22,060 nucleotides of DNA from Pyrinomonadaceae bacterium (lineage in GTDB: Bacteria > Acidobacteriota > Blastocatellia > Pyrinomonadales > Pyrinomonadaceae): the NCBI GenBank assembly GCA_030838445.1, contig JAUZFQ010000280.1:1-22060 (forward strand). The letters are read 5' to 3'. The notes below the pieces were generated by a model, which worked only from the letters and a program-made list of their open reading frames with translations, was not told the DNA's origin and ran no database searches. Each line of letters starts with the position of its first letter. The stretch's first letter is position 1. Below are positions 1-8,643 of the stretch, piece after piece. A program made the position numbers and the translations under genes.

Positions 1-1215
1 GAGCAGGTCAGGGGCCGAGTCGTCCTCGTCGGCCGACACCAGACGGTGCCCGTCTCTTTCAACCCGCCCTTCAAGCGCCGCGACGAGCAGGAGGCGCGCA
101 ACACGTTCGACCCGAGCACGCCGCCCGCGTCCCCGTTCGCCCTCCCCACCCCCAGCCCGACGCCGACGCCCGGCCCCGACCAGCCGCTCACCGCGCAGCG
201 CGTCGCCGAGGCCGTCGAGCAGTTCCTCGTCGATAACGGGGCGCTGGTGCGCGTCAACGACGCCGGCCGCGAGCACGGGCAGATACGCGCCTTCAACAAT
301 CGCACTTTCGACGTCTCGAAAGTCGTGCCCACGGTCGTCATGCGTAACGAGGACTACGGCCGCATCAGTCGCATCCTCGCAGACGGCACGCCGGTCGAGT
401 TGGAGTTCAACATCGTCAACCGCAACTACCCGGAGGGGCGCACGTCCTACAACGTCGTCGGCGAGATACCGGGCAGCGATCTGAAAGACGAGGTGGTGAT
501 GCTCGGCGGCCATCTCGACTCCTGGCACGCGGCGACGGGCGCGACCGACAACGCCGTCGGCTGCACGATCATGCTGGAAGCCGCGCGCATCCTGCACACG
601 CTCGGCCTCAAGCCGCGCCGCACGATCCGCGTCGCGCTGTGGAGCGGCGAGGAGCAGGGCTTGCTCGGCTCGAAGGCTTACGTCAAGGAACACTTCGGCA
701 CGTTCGAGCAGCCGAAGCCGGAGTATTCAAAGTTCAACGGCTACTTCAACATTGATTCGGGGACGGGGCGCGTGCGCGGCGCGAACGTCTTCGGGCCGCC
801 GGAGTCGGCAACCGTGCTGAGACAAGCGCTCGCCCCGTTCGAGGACATGGGCGTCTACGGGGCGATTGCCACGACGAGCCGCCGCACGGGCGGGACGGAC
901 AGCACCTCTTTCAACGAGGCGGGGCTGCCCGGCATCGGCCTCGGCCAAGACCCCATCGAATACGGCACGCACACGTGGCACACGAACCTCGACACCTACG
1001 AGCGCATCATCGAGTCGGACGTGCGGAGCGCGGCCATCGTGGTGGCGGCGGCCGTCTATCACCTCGCCACGCGCGATGCGATGCTGCCGCGCTTCACGAA
1101 GGACAAGATGCCCGCCCCTCCGCCGACGCCCACGCCGAGTCCTACCCCGGCACCGAGTCCCGCGCCGACGCCGAGCGCCACGCGGACGCCGACCCCGGCG
1201 GGGATGCCGCGCTGA
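1..1215 (+). CDS. M28-family zinc aminopeptidase, 5'-truncated by the window edge
   Basis: The frame is open from nt 1, with no stop before the listed start at 46. M28 metal-ligand blocks are visible: [41 protein letters not shown]. It is flanked by Pro/Thr/Ser-rich linkers ([11 protein letters not shown] and [22 protein letters not shown]). Confidence 0.85.
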   Translation, partial: EQVRGRVVLVGRHQTVPVSFNPPFKRRDEQEARNTFDPSTPPASPFALPTPSPTPTPGPDQPLTAQRVAEAVEQFLVDNGALVRVNDAGREHGQIRAFNNRTFDVSKVVPTVVMRNEDYGRISRILADGTPVELEFNIVNRNYPEGRTSYNVVGEIPGSDLKDEVVMLGGHLDSWHAATGATDNAVGCTIMLEAARILHTLGLKPRRTIRVALWSGEEQGLLGSKAYVKEHFGTFEQPKPEYSKFNGYFNIDSGTGRVRGANVFGPPESATVLRQALAPFEDMGVYGAIATTSRRTGGTDSTSFNEAGLPGIGLGQDPIEYGTHTWHTNLDTYERIIESDVRSAAIVVAAAVYHLATRDAMLPRFTKDKMPAPPPTPTPSPTPAPSPAPTPSATRTPTPAGMPR

Positions 1216-1278
1216 TTCGGCTAATGCATCGCCGTCGGTGACAGGTGAAAGTTCCGAGGGGAGCAATAGACCGTGAAA

Positions 1279-1333
1279 CGCCGTCAGGGGCGGCGGACAT
1301 TCGAGTTGAGAATGTCCGCCGCCCCTGACGGCG
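1279..1333. terminator. Bidirectional hairpin terminator between convergent genes
   Basis: Perfect 24-bp stem: CGCCGTCAGGGGCGGCGGACATTC (1279-1302) pairs with GAATGTCCGCCGCCCCTGACGGCG (1310-1333), with a 7-nt loop. It lies between the stop at 1215 (+) and the stop at 1469 (-). There is no strong T-tract. Confidence 0.7.
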
Positions 1334-1468
1334 CTTGGTAATATTGTGATGGATTGAGCCTCGCACGACGTGCGCGGGGGGCTAACATCCGTCGCGCCGG
1401 TGGGCGGGGAAGACTGGCGCGTCGCGTGCGCCAGTGGGCGCGAGCGGCGTTGCTTAAGCGTCGGCGCG

Positions 1469-1693
1469 TTATTCCGCCGTCGAGGTCGCCGGGTCAATGA
1501 AGAGGTTGGCGAAGGCGCGACGCGGGTCGGGCGTGTGACGCTGCTGCAATTCCTTGATCCAAGTGGTGACGTGGCCGGCGATGTCGCGCGTCGCCTGGCG
1601 CGTGCTGTTGGTTTCGGGGACGCGGCTCTCGGCCGTCTTGTTGCCCGGTGCGTGTCTCTCAGACCGCTTGATGATTCTAATGTTCGTATTCAT
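1469..1693 (-). CDS. Hypothetical small protein (74 aa)
   Basis: I shortened the listed 156-aa ORF to the internal ATG at 1693. That ATG is preceded by GGAGA about 7 nt upstream (minus strand GGAGATACCCCCATG). The region upstream of it (1694-1884) looks intergenic in composition. I recognise no family. Confidence 0.45.
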   Translation of the reverse strand: MNTNIRIIKRSERHAPGNKTAESRVPETNSTRQATRDIAGHVTTWIKELQQRHTPDPRRAFANLFIDPATSTAE

Positions 1694-1884
1694 GGGGGTA
1701 TCTCCGTCGTCAGTCAATCCTCTTAAAACTTCGTTAGCGGGTCTCCAATTTACGTCCCATCTACTAACGCGAGATTCAGACTGAAAACGGATCATGCAAA
1801 AAAATTTCGGGCGGGCGGTGAAAAGCCCTTGGGTGGGAGTCGCGACGACTGTGCGACTCCGCGAGGTGTGTGTAGCTTGGTCAG

Positions 1885-2265
1885 TTAGTGCCCGACGGGT
1901 ATCCTCTGAAAGCGGGATTTCCCTTCCGGGTCTTCCCACGAGATGTCCAGCACGTAAGGCCGGATCGCGCCCGCGACCACTTTGAGACGTTCCAACTGGT
2001 CGTCCGTGGGGGCGGCCGGTTTCCCGTCAATCAACGTTTTGTGCGGCATGACGGCCTTCTCCCGCGCCTGTATATACTTGACGGCCTCGAACCTGATGTG
2101 CGCCCGCGAAGGCGCGCCGTAAGTTTCCTCGTCCTTCAAAAAGACGGTGAGAATCTCGACGCACCGGAGCGGTTGATCGCTCGCGTTCATCAATTCCAGA
2201 CGCGTCTCCGCGCCGTCGCCGGTAAAGGCGTAGTTCAGGGGAGAGGTCTTGACGTCACTGCTCAT
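1885..2265 (-). CDS. Hypothetical protein (126 aa), immediately downstream of infA
   Basis: Balanced amino-acid composition, unlike the Arg-rich opposite-strand ORF 1888..2508. It starts 36 nt after the infA stop on the same strand. I see no clear SD and recognise no motif. Confidence 0.55.
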   Translation of the reverse strand: MSSDVKTSPLNYAFTGDGAETRLELMNASDQPLRCVEILTVFLKDEETYGAPSRAHIRFEAVKYIQAREKAVMPHKTLIDGKPAAPTDDQLERLKVVAGAIRPYVLDISWEDPEGKSRFQRIPVGH

Positions 2266-2301
2266 AATCTTTATTCGCGGCGACAGGTTGCGCCCCGCGC
2301 C

Positions 2302-2523
2302 TTATTTGTAACGGTACGTGATGCGGCCTCTGGTCAGGTCATACGGCGACAATTCGACGCTTACGCGGTCGCCCGCCAGAATGCGGATGTGATTTTTACG
2401 CATCTTGCCGCCGATTTGAGCCAGCACCAGATGATCGCCGCCATCGAGTTTCACTTTGAAAAACGCGTTCGGCAGCTTATCAATGACCACGCCTTCGGCC
2501 GGAACTAAGTCTTCTTTAGCCAA
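2302..2523 (-). CDS. infA: Translation initiation factor IF-1
   Basis: The 72-residue S1-like protein [73 protein letters not shown] has the canonical IF-1 length and sequence pattern. TTG start, with AAGGAGA about 6 nt upstream. Confidence 0.95.
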   Translation of the reverse strand: MAKEDLVPAEGVVIDKLPNAFFKVKLDGGDHLVLAQIGGKMRKNHIRILAGDRVSVELSPYDLTRGRITYRYK

Positions 2524-2564
2524 TATGTTTCTCCTTCGAGTGTTAGATGCAATTTAACCGCAAC

Positions 2565-2603
2565 GCGACCGGCGGGAGCGTGATTAACGCTGCCGCCGGT
2601 CGC
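2565..2603 (-). terminator. Hairpin between the RRM gene and infA (terminator or attenuator)
   Basis: GCGACCGGCGG (2565-2575) pairs with CCGCCGGTCGC (2593-2603), extended by AGCG/CGCT around a 7-nt loop. It lies in the 94-nt gap between the RRM-gene stop (2618) and the infA start (2523). Confidence 0.55.
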
Positions 2604-2617
2604 TTGCCTGCGTTTAG

Positions 2618-2983
2618 TTAGTAGCGGTTGCCGCCACCGCCGCCGCCGTAGCCGCCACGACCGCCACCGCCGCCGTTGCCGCCGTAGCCGCCACGACCAC
2701 CGCCGCCACCGCCGCCGCCGCGTCCGCCGCGATCTTCGCGGGGTTTCGCTTCGTTGACGTTCAGGCTACGACCGTTGACTTCCTTACCGTTGAACTGCTC
2801 GATGGCCTTCTGGCCTTCTTCCGTGCTGGACATTTCGACGAAGCCGAAGCCGCGTGAACGTCCCGTCTCGCGATCCTCGACCACCGAAGCCGACTCGACC
2901 GTGCCCGCCTGCGCGAACAACTCCTGCAAATCGTCGCTCGAAGTTTGAAAAGCAAGGTTGCCGACGTAAAGTTTCATAGACAT
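2618..2983 (-). CDS. RRM-type RNA-binding protein with a Gly/Arg/Tyr-rich tail
   Basis: RNP-2 (LYVGNL) and RNP-1 (RGFGFVEM) motifs sit in an approximately 80-aa RRM. The C-terminal tail is GGRGGGGGGGGRGGYGGNGGGGGRGGYGGGGGGNRY. GAGGGA lies 9 nt upstream of the ATG at 2983. Confidence 0.9.
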   Translation of the reverse strand: MSMKLYVGNLAFQTSSDDLQELFAQAGTVESASVVEDRETGRSRGFGFVEMSSTEEGQKAIEQFNGKEVNGRSLNVNEAKPREDRGGRGGGGGGGGRGGYGGNGGGGGRGGYGGGGGGNRY

Positions 2984-3312
2984 AAAATAGTATCCCTCTT
3001 CCCTGTGGAAGTGTTAGGAGAAGCGTCGAATCGAAGGTGGCTTAGGAGTAACGGTAGGTAGGCGAAAGCTCTCAGTTCGTGTGCCCTGCTTGCGGCGGCT
3101 TCTAATGTTGAGATCGACCTTCCCCCTGAATATCCGAAACGCACCGCCGCTGCTTTCGCGGCTCGGTCGCGCATCACCGTTAATACATAAGGGAAGGATT
3201 AACACAGTCATTATGCGCCATCCGCCGCCCGAACGCAAGACGCCCCCGTCAAACAAAGGCGGCGGCGACGGCGGGCGGCAGGGCGCGCGCCGATTCGGCC
3301 ACACTTCCGCAG

Positions 3313-4602
3313 GTGCTAGAATGGCGCGATTATCTCGGACGCGCGGGTGCAAATTCGTTGACTTCTGTGTCGGAACTAAAGTCTGAAGGGCGAAAAATCG
3401 GGCGGGTGCTGAGCCTCGACGCGATGCGGGGCGTGGCCGCGTTCGTCGTCGTCGTCTATCACGCGCTGGGGGTCGCGCCGCAGACGGCGTTCACGGGCTG
3501 GCAGTGGTGGCTGCCGGAGTTGACCGCGTGGCTCGTCCATTTCGGCTACGCGGGAATCTACCTGTTCTTCGTCATCTCCGGCTTCTGCATCCACCTCCAC
3601 TGGGCGCGCTCGCGCGCCGCCGGGGTCGCGCACCCGACGATCAACTTCTACGCCTTCTGGAAGCGACGCGTCCGACGCCTCTACCCGCCCTACCTCGCCG
3701 CGCTCGCGCTCTACGTCGGCTACAACGCCTACCAGACGCCGCCCGACTTCTCCGCCTTCTACCTGTGGGACGTGGGGCTGCACCTCTTGATGCTCCACAA
3801 CCTCGACCTGCGCACGACCTACAGCATCAACGGCGCGTTCTGGACGCTCGCGATTGAAGAACAACTCTATCTCGCCTACTTCCTCCTGCTCTACCTGCGC
3901 ATCCGCTACGGCTGGGCGCGCACGCTTGCGTTGTGCGCGGCGGCGCGCGTCGGCTGGCTGGTGTTGGGGCGCGCCGTCGCCTACTTCTACGGCCTCCAGA
4001 TTCCAGTCACGGAGTCGGCGGCGACCAACTGGTTCATCTGGGCTTTGGGCGCGCTGAGTGTAGAGGCGGCGTTGGGCGTCGTGCATTTGCCCGAATGGTG
4101 TTACAAGTGGTGGGCGGGCGCGGGCGCGCTGGTCTTGGCGATGAGTCTCGCGTTGGGGCTACCTTACGTCAATCACCTGATCTGGATTCACGATCCGGGC
4201 TGGCTCTTGATGCACCCGGCGTGGGGCGTCGGCTTCTTCGTGCTGGTGAACGGCGCGGTGCGCGCAGAGCAGCGTCGGCGCGCGTTGTCGCGCCGCGCCT
4301 CGCGCGTCGTCGTCTGGCTGGCGGCTCTCGGTTTGATCTCCTACTCGCTCTACCTGACGCACCTCTTCGTGCTGATGCAGTGGTACTGGTTCGGCTTCAC
4401 GCAGTTTCACATCCGCACCATCGCGCTCGTCATCATGACGCCGCTCTCGGTCTTGTTCGCGTGGCTGTTCTTCCGCCTCTTCGAGCGGCCGTTCATGGCG
4501 GCCTCCGTCGGCATGGGCGCGCAACCCCGCGCGAGTAGCAGCGGCGGCAGTCACATTTCCCAACCGCCGCCCGAACGCGTCAGCGACCCGGCCGCCGTCT
4601 GA
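3313..4602 (+). CDS. Acyltransferase family 3 (OafA/YrhL-like) integral membrane protein
   Basis: N-terminal signature LDAMRGVAAFVVVVYHA, then FFVISGFCIH and about 10 hydrophobic segments. The start is uncertain: GTG at 3313, or in-frame TTG 3358, GTG 3367 or GTG 3406. Confidence 0.8.
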   Translation: MLEWRDYLGRAGANSLTSVSELKSEGRKIGRVLSLDAMRGVAAFVVVVYHALGVAPQTAFTGWQWWLPELTAWLVHFGYAGIYLFFVISGFCIHLHWARSRAAGVAHPTINFYAFWKRRVRRLYPPYLAALALYVGYNAYQTPPDFSAFYLWDVGLHLLMLHNLDLRTTYSINGAFWTLAIEEQLYLAYFLLLYLRIRYGWARTLALCAAARVGWLVLGRAVAYFYGLQIPVTESAATNWFIWALGALSVEAALGVVHLPEWCYKWWAGAGALVLAMSLALGLPYVNHLIWIHDPGWLLMHPAWGVGFFVLVNGAVRAEQRRRALSRRASRVVVWLAALGLISYSLYLTHLFVLMQWYWFGFTQFHIRTIALVIMTPLSVLFAWLFFRLFERPFMAASVGMGAQPRASSSGGSHISQPPPERVSDPAAV

Positions 4603-4667
4603 AAACTCAAACTCACTCGACCGGCGCAAGAAAACTTTTGCTTACTTCGCGAGAATCAACTGTGACG

Positions 4668-6263
4668 ATGCAGTGGACAACAAAGAGCGGCGGGCGCGCC
4701 GGTCACAACAGTCGCAACGGACACAACAATCGCGACGGACGTTACAGTCGCGGCGTCCGGCGTGCGCTTGCCGTGTTGTGTCTGGTGCTCGTCGTCACGT
4801 CCGCGACAAAGGCGACGGCGAGAGACGGTTGGGTCGGCGTGCGCTCGCCACATTACCTGCTGGTGGGCGACACGACCGAGAGCGAGTTGCGCGAGGTGGC
4901 GATCAGGTTTGAGCAGTTCCGCAACGCCTTCTCACAACTCTTCCCCGCCTCCGGCCTGAGTTCCTCCGTGCCGACGACCGTCGTCGTCTTCAAAGACTTC
5001 GAGTCGTACAAAGACTTCCGCCCGCTCTATCTGGGCAGGCCGACCGAGTTCATCAGCTACTTTCAATCGGGACTCGACAGCAACTACATCGCGCTGCCGC
5101 TCGACCGTGATCGCGAGAGCCTCTACGTCAAACTCTTTCACGAGTCCGTCCACCTCTTGATTGACAGCCAGTCGCGCCGCGTCCCCGACTGGCTCAACGA
5201 AGGGCTGGCGCAGTATTACAGCACGTTCGAGTTTGACATCGCCGCGAACAAGAACATCCTCGGCAAGCCCGTCGCGGGCAACCTCGCGCTCCTGCGTAAA
5301 AACAGACTGCTCCCGCTCGCCGCCCTCTTCGCCGTGGATCGCGCCTCCGCCGATTACAACGAGCGCGAACGCAACGGCATCTTCAACGCGCAGTCGTGGG
5401 CGCTCGTGCATTACCTGATGACCGCGGACGGCGGGCGGCGGCAACTCCAACTCCTGCGCTTCATCGAGATGACGGCGGCGGGCGCGCCGTTCGAGCGGAG
5501 TTTCCGGCAGTCGTTCAAGGCCGATTACAAGATGGTGGAGGACGAGTTGAAGGAATACGTGCGGCGCGAAAACTTCCCTGCGCGGCAGACGCGTCTGGAA
5601 GATAACTTGAGCGTCGTGGCCGAACTTGAGTCGCTGCCGCTGACGAGCGCGGACGCGCACTATTTTCTCGGCGACCTGCTCCTGCACATCAACCGCTACG
5701 AGGACGCCGCGCGCCAACTGCAAAAGGCCACGGGTCTCAACCCCAGATCGGCGTTGGCCTTCGCCGCGCTCGGCATGGTGCGCGTGCGGCAGCGGCAGGG
5801 CGCGGAGGCGCGGCGTCTGCTCCAACAGGCCACGAGCCTCGAACCTGACAACTACCTGACGCACTACTATTACGCCTACGCCCTCAGCCGCGAGGAGATG
5901 GACGAGGAGCAGGAGATCAACGCCTACGAGGACGAAGCGGCCGAGATCATGCGTCGCGAGTTGCGTCGCGCGATTGCGCTCAAACCCGACTTCGCAGAGT
6001 CCTACCGCCTCCTCGCCTTCATCAATCTCGTGACGGGCGAGCAACTCCCCGAAGCGGTCGAGCTACTCAGGCAGGGCTTGAAACTCTCGCCCGGACGACC
6101 CGACCTGACCTTCATCCTCGCGCAAGTCTACGTCCGCATGAAGGAGACGGACGCCGCCCGCGCCACCCTCCAACAACTTCTCAACAGCGGCGCGAACGCA
6201 CGCCTCCGCGCACGCGCCCAACTTCTCCTCGACCGGATGAAAACCAACGGCGGCGCGCGATAG
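4668..6263 (+). CDS. Secreted HExxH (peptidase-MA-like) domain protein with C-terminal TPR repeats
   Basis: ATG at 4668; the listed TTG at 4638 is an alternative. Signal-like segment ALAVLCLVLVVTSATKATA. HESVH is followed about 17 aa later by NEGLAQY, a gluzincin-like arrangement. The C-terminal half has TPR-like repeats (YFLGDLLL..YEDAARQLQKATGLNP, ALGMV..A.RLLQQATSLEPDN, and others). Confidence 0.7.
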   Translation: MQWTTKSGGRAGHNSRNGHNNRDGRYSRGVRRALAVLCLVLVVTSATKATARDGWVGVRSPHYLLVGDTTESELREVAIRFEQFRNAFSQLFPASGLSSSVPTTVVVFKDFESYKDFRPLYLGRPTEFISYFQSGLDSNYIALPLDRDRESLYVKLFHESVHLLIDSQSRRVPDWLNEGLAQYYSTFEFDIAANKNILGKPVAGNLALLRKNRLLPLAALFAVDRASADYNERERNGIFNAQSWALVHYLMTADGGRRQLQLLRFIEMTAAGAPFERSFRQSFKADYKMVEDELKEYVRRENFPARQTRLEDNLSVVAELESLPLTSADAHYFLGDLLLHINRYEDAARQLQKATGLNPRSALAFAALGMVRVRQRQGAEARRLLQQATSLEPDNYLTHYYYAYALSREEMDEEQEINAYEDEAAEIMRRELRRAIALKPDFAESYRLLAFINLVTGEQLPEAVELLRQGLKLSPGRPDLTFILAQVYVRMKETDAARATLQQLLNSGANARLRARAQLLLDRMKTNGGAR

Positions 6264-6279
6264 AAACGATGAACGGGGA

Positions 6280-6403
6280 ACAGTTCTTTGTCCGTAGTCA
6301 GTGGTCAGTTGTTCAAGACGGTCTTTAGCAACTCGTGTGATGATCACGCGCAACTGACAACTGGCCACGGACAACTGACAGTCTTCACTTCATCGTTTTC
6401 CTC
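6280..6403. repeat. MITE-like inverted-repeat element, family E, copy 1
   Basis: The left end ACAGTTCTTTGTCCGTAGTCAGTGGTCAGTTG and right end CCACGGACAACTGACAGTCTTCACTTCATCGTTTTCCTC match the ends of the element at 15296-15446 (about 28/32 and about 32/38). The ends are partly reverse-complementary to each other (TCCGT.GTC / GAC.ACGGA, GTCAGTTG / CAACTGAC). It fills the gap between convergent genes. Confidence 0.75.
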
Positions 6404-6416
6404 AAGACGCCGTGCA

Positions 6417-8042
6417 TTACAACCGGATGAACGCGATGCGCCGCGCCGGGTAGTTGAAGACGATGGTGAAGGGCGAGAGGAACTCGCGCCCCACCACGCC
6501 CGCGCCGCCTTCACGGCTCAGCCCCGCGACCCTGAACCCCACCTCCGGCTGCTTGAATCTCACCCCCGCGAGTTCAAACCATTCAATCGTGCCCGTCAAC
6601 AGTTTGTACGAACCGCCCGACCCGGTGTCTGTGTCCTCTTTCGTCGCGCGCCCTTCGAGCAGCTTCTCGTCGCGGATGTACTTGTCGTAAAAAGTGACCG
6701 TGCCGGTAAAGCCCGTGTCGAGTTGGAACAACCCCTCGCGGTTGCCCTCGAAGCGGCACATGACGGCGGGCGTCAGATCAATGTAAGACAGGGGCTGCCA
6801 CTTTCCACGCCGGAGTTTGTACGTCGCCGGATCGTGCAGGGCGATCTGCTTGCCGCCGCCCGTCACCTCCACCACGACGCGCGCCAGGAGCGGGTGGCCG
6901 ATGAGTCCCGCGCGATGTGCGCCCGGCGGCGCGTTCCGCCCGGACAGATCCATCGCGAGGTAGAGCGGGTTCTTGAACGTGACGCGGCCGAGTTGCAGCG
7001 TGTTACCCTGCCGGATCGTCACCTCCTGCGGCCGCCCGTCCGCGCCCATCGACATGGACTTGCCGAGCACGGGCATCTTGAGTTCGTCGGCCACCTTCGT
7101 GTCGATGTGCATCCCGTCGCCGCCCGTGTCGAAGTGAAACCAGCCCACGTCGCGCCCGTCCACAAGCGGCCGCACGTAGTAATGCCCCGGCGCGGACGCG
7201 GAGAACGGGACGCCCTGCGCCACCTGCAACTCCGCCGGGAGCGTGTTGTCGAACACCGTGTCCGGCGGGAGCGCGGGCGTGGCGAAGAGCGCCGCATCCG
7301 CCGCCGACGCTTCCCTCACAGACTTCACCTTGAACTCCGAATCCGAGCCGCGATAGTTGACGACGATGGTCTGCGGGAAACGAAGGCCCAGCGCCTCCTG
7401 ATAATCCTTGAAGGCGACCGTGTACGGGCCGCGTTCGTACTCGACGACGAGCGTCTCCGGCAGCCACGTCGCGCGGTCTATAAAAACTTTCGCGCCCACC
7501 AAACCGCCGCGCACGCGCATTGAGAGCGCGACGCGTTTCGCGTCCGTCTCCGCGGGCAGCATCGCGTAGACGAAAGGCGCGCGCGCGTCGAGCCACCAAC
7601 CGCCCCTCACCCACGGCGGGATGAGGAGTTTCTCCCGCAGGCGTTGCGGCATCGGCGCGGGCAACGCAGTGCGGTCGAGTTGCCACGCGAAACTCCCGTC
7701 ATAACCGAGCGGCCTGTTGTTCGACGGCCGCGAGTCTTCCCGAAACTCCCCCGCCGCACCGAACGTCGAAATCCGCGACTCCCCGGCCGCCGCCCCCTTC
7801 GCCACTTCCTCCACCACGAACCCGCGCTTCAAACGTTTCAACTTCCCGTACCCAATTGCCCCGCGCACCTTCTCCAACACCTGCGCCACGCTCAACTCGC
7901 CCGCCCCCTGCCCCGACGCGGAAACCTCCCCACCCGGCTCACCCGCGAACCCCGACGCAAGCAACACTACACACACCAACACACACCAACCCCGCACCCG
8001 ACTGACGACGCGCGGCACAACTCCGTCAAAGCGACTCCTCAT
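6417..8042 (-). CDS. Secreted protein with two tandem retropepsin-like aspartic-peptidase domains
   Basis: Strong SD (AGGAGG 6 nt upstream of the ATG at 8042). Signal-like segment WCVLVCVVLLASGFA. Two DTG active-site contexts: GWFHFDTGGDGMHIDTKVADELKM and GLFQLDTGFTGTVTFYDKYI. Confidence 0.7.
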   Translation of the reverse strand: MRSRFDGVVPRVVSRVRGWCVLVCVVLLASGFAGEPGGEVSASGQGAGELSVAQVLEKVRGAIGYGKLKRLKRGFVVEEVAKGAAAGESRISTFGAAGEFREDSRPSNNRPLGYDGSFAWQLDRTALPAPMPQRLREKLLIPPWVRGGWWLDARAPFVYAMLPAETDAKRVALSMRVRGGLVGAKVFIDRATWLPETLVVEYERGPYTVAFKDYQEALGLRFPQTIVVNYRGSDSEFKVKSVREASAADAALFATPALPPDTVFDNTLPAELQVAQGVPFSASAPGHYYVRPLVDGRDVGWFHFDTGGDGMHIDTKVADELKMPVLGKSMSMGADGRPQEVTIRQGNTLQLGRVTFKNPLYLAMDLSGRNAPPGAHRAGLIGHPLLARVVVEVTGGGKQIALHDPATYKLRRGKWQPLSYIDLTPAVMCRFEGNREGLFQLDTGFTGTVTFYDKYIRDEKLLEGRATKEDTDTGSGGSYKLLTGTIEWFELAGVRFKQPEVGFRVAGLSREGGAGVVGREFLSPFTIVFNYPARRIAFIRL

Positions 8043-8290
8043 ATTTCGCCTCCTGTGACGAGGGCATTATTCAACGGGGGACTTGTTTGTGGACGCACCC
8101 ATTTTGCCCCTTTCAACTCGCCCGCGCAAATATATCGTTCAGGTCAATCATACTCCGTGTAGGGGCCGGCCGGGACGGGTGATACAATCGAAGTCCTCAC
8201 TCATCAGCGACACCGGGCTGATAAATGGTACTCCACCCAGAGGCGTTGAATCACCCGCGCCTTCACCCCAAGAAACATAGGAGATTAGTA

Positions 8291-8492
8291 ATGACTACTA
8301 AAAAATGCGACGTGTTTCAATTCACCTATCTGGGCAACCCCAGAGGAGGGTTTAACCTACCTTGATTTAATCAACAGAGGAGTCTTCTTTAGCCATGAGG
8401 GTTTATCCCGCGAAGTACTTAGACAAGAATTCGGAATGGATAAAGTTAACGAATATCTCATAAGTAAGTATGTGCAAAGGAATGCCACCTAA
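8291..8492 (+). pseudogene. Small ORF split by a 1-nt frame difference at an A6 run (66 aa if read as A5)
   Basis: AGGAGA lies 6 nt upstream of the ATG at 8291. As written, that frame stops after 24 codons (TGA 8363-8365). The adjacent frame is open from 8295 to TAA 8490-8492, which is unusual for about 40 % GC DNA, and is followed 6 nt later by an 11-bp hairpin. Removing one A from the A6 run at 8300-8305 joins the two frames. Confidence 0.3.
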
Positions 8493-8497
8493 CAACT

Positions 8498-8524
8498 CAT
8501 GCAACCGGACTGCCCGGTTGCATG
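8498..8524 (+). terminator. Hairpin following the small ORF
   Basis: CATGCAACCGG (8498-8508) pairs with CCGGTTGCATG (8514-8524) around a 5-nt loop. There is no T-tract. Confidence 0.4.
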
Positions 8525-8643
8525 CCTCTCAAGATCCTTGTTCCTTCCACTGTTGAATACTTTATACCTGCGGCTGGTTAATTCCAGCGTCATGCCGCTT
8601 TGCTAATAAGCGGGAATGAGTCTACTAATCTAATGGAGCCGAG

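Noticed and set aside
727-1497. The 256-aa minus-strand ORF overlapping the M28 peptidase 3' end and the terminator
   Set aside because: It is an extremely Arg-rich shadow ORF (runs of RRRGRR). It crosses the 24-bp terminator palindrome and lies antisense to a motif-supported gene.
1694-1939. The full 156-aa version of the ORF 1469..1939 (-)
   Set aside because: The N-terminal 82 codons overlap the 3' end of the 126-aa gene and lie in intergenic-looking DNA. An internal ATG with a GGAGA SD gives a cleaner 74-aa gene. Even that gene is only moderately supported.
2630-2730. A GCC/ACC-rich nucleotide repeat that looks like a microsatellite
   Set aside because: It is the coding sequence, on the minus strand, of the Gly-rich tail of the RRM protein. 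It is not an independent repeat feature.
3376-7523. Long opposite-strand ORFs (3376..4086 -, 4932..6044 -, 6288..7523 +)
   Set aside because: These are typical high-GC shadow ORFs: Arg/Ala/Gly/Val-rich, with no motifs and no SD. Each lies antisense to a gene with clear family signatures (acyltransferase-3, HExxH/TPR, DTG protease).
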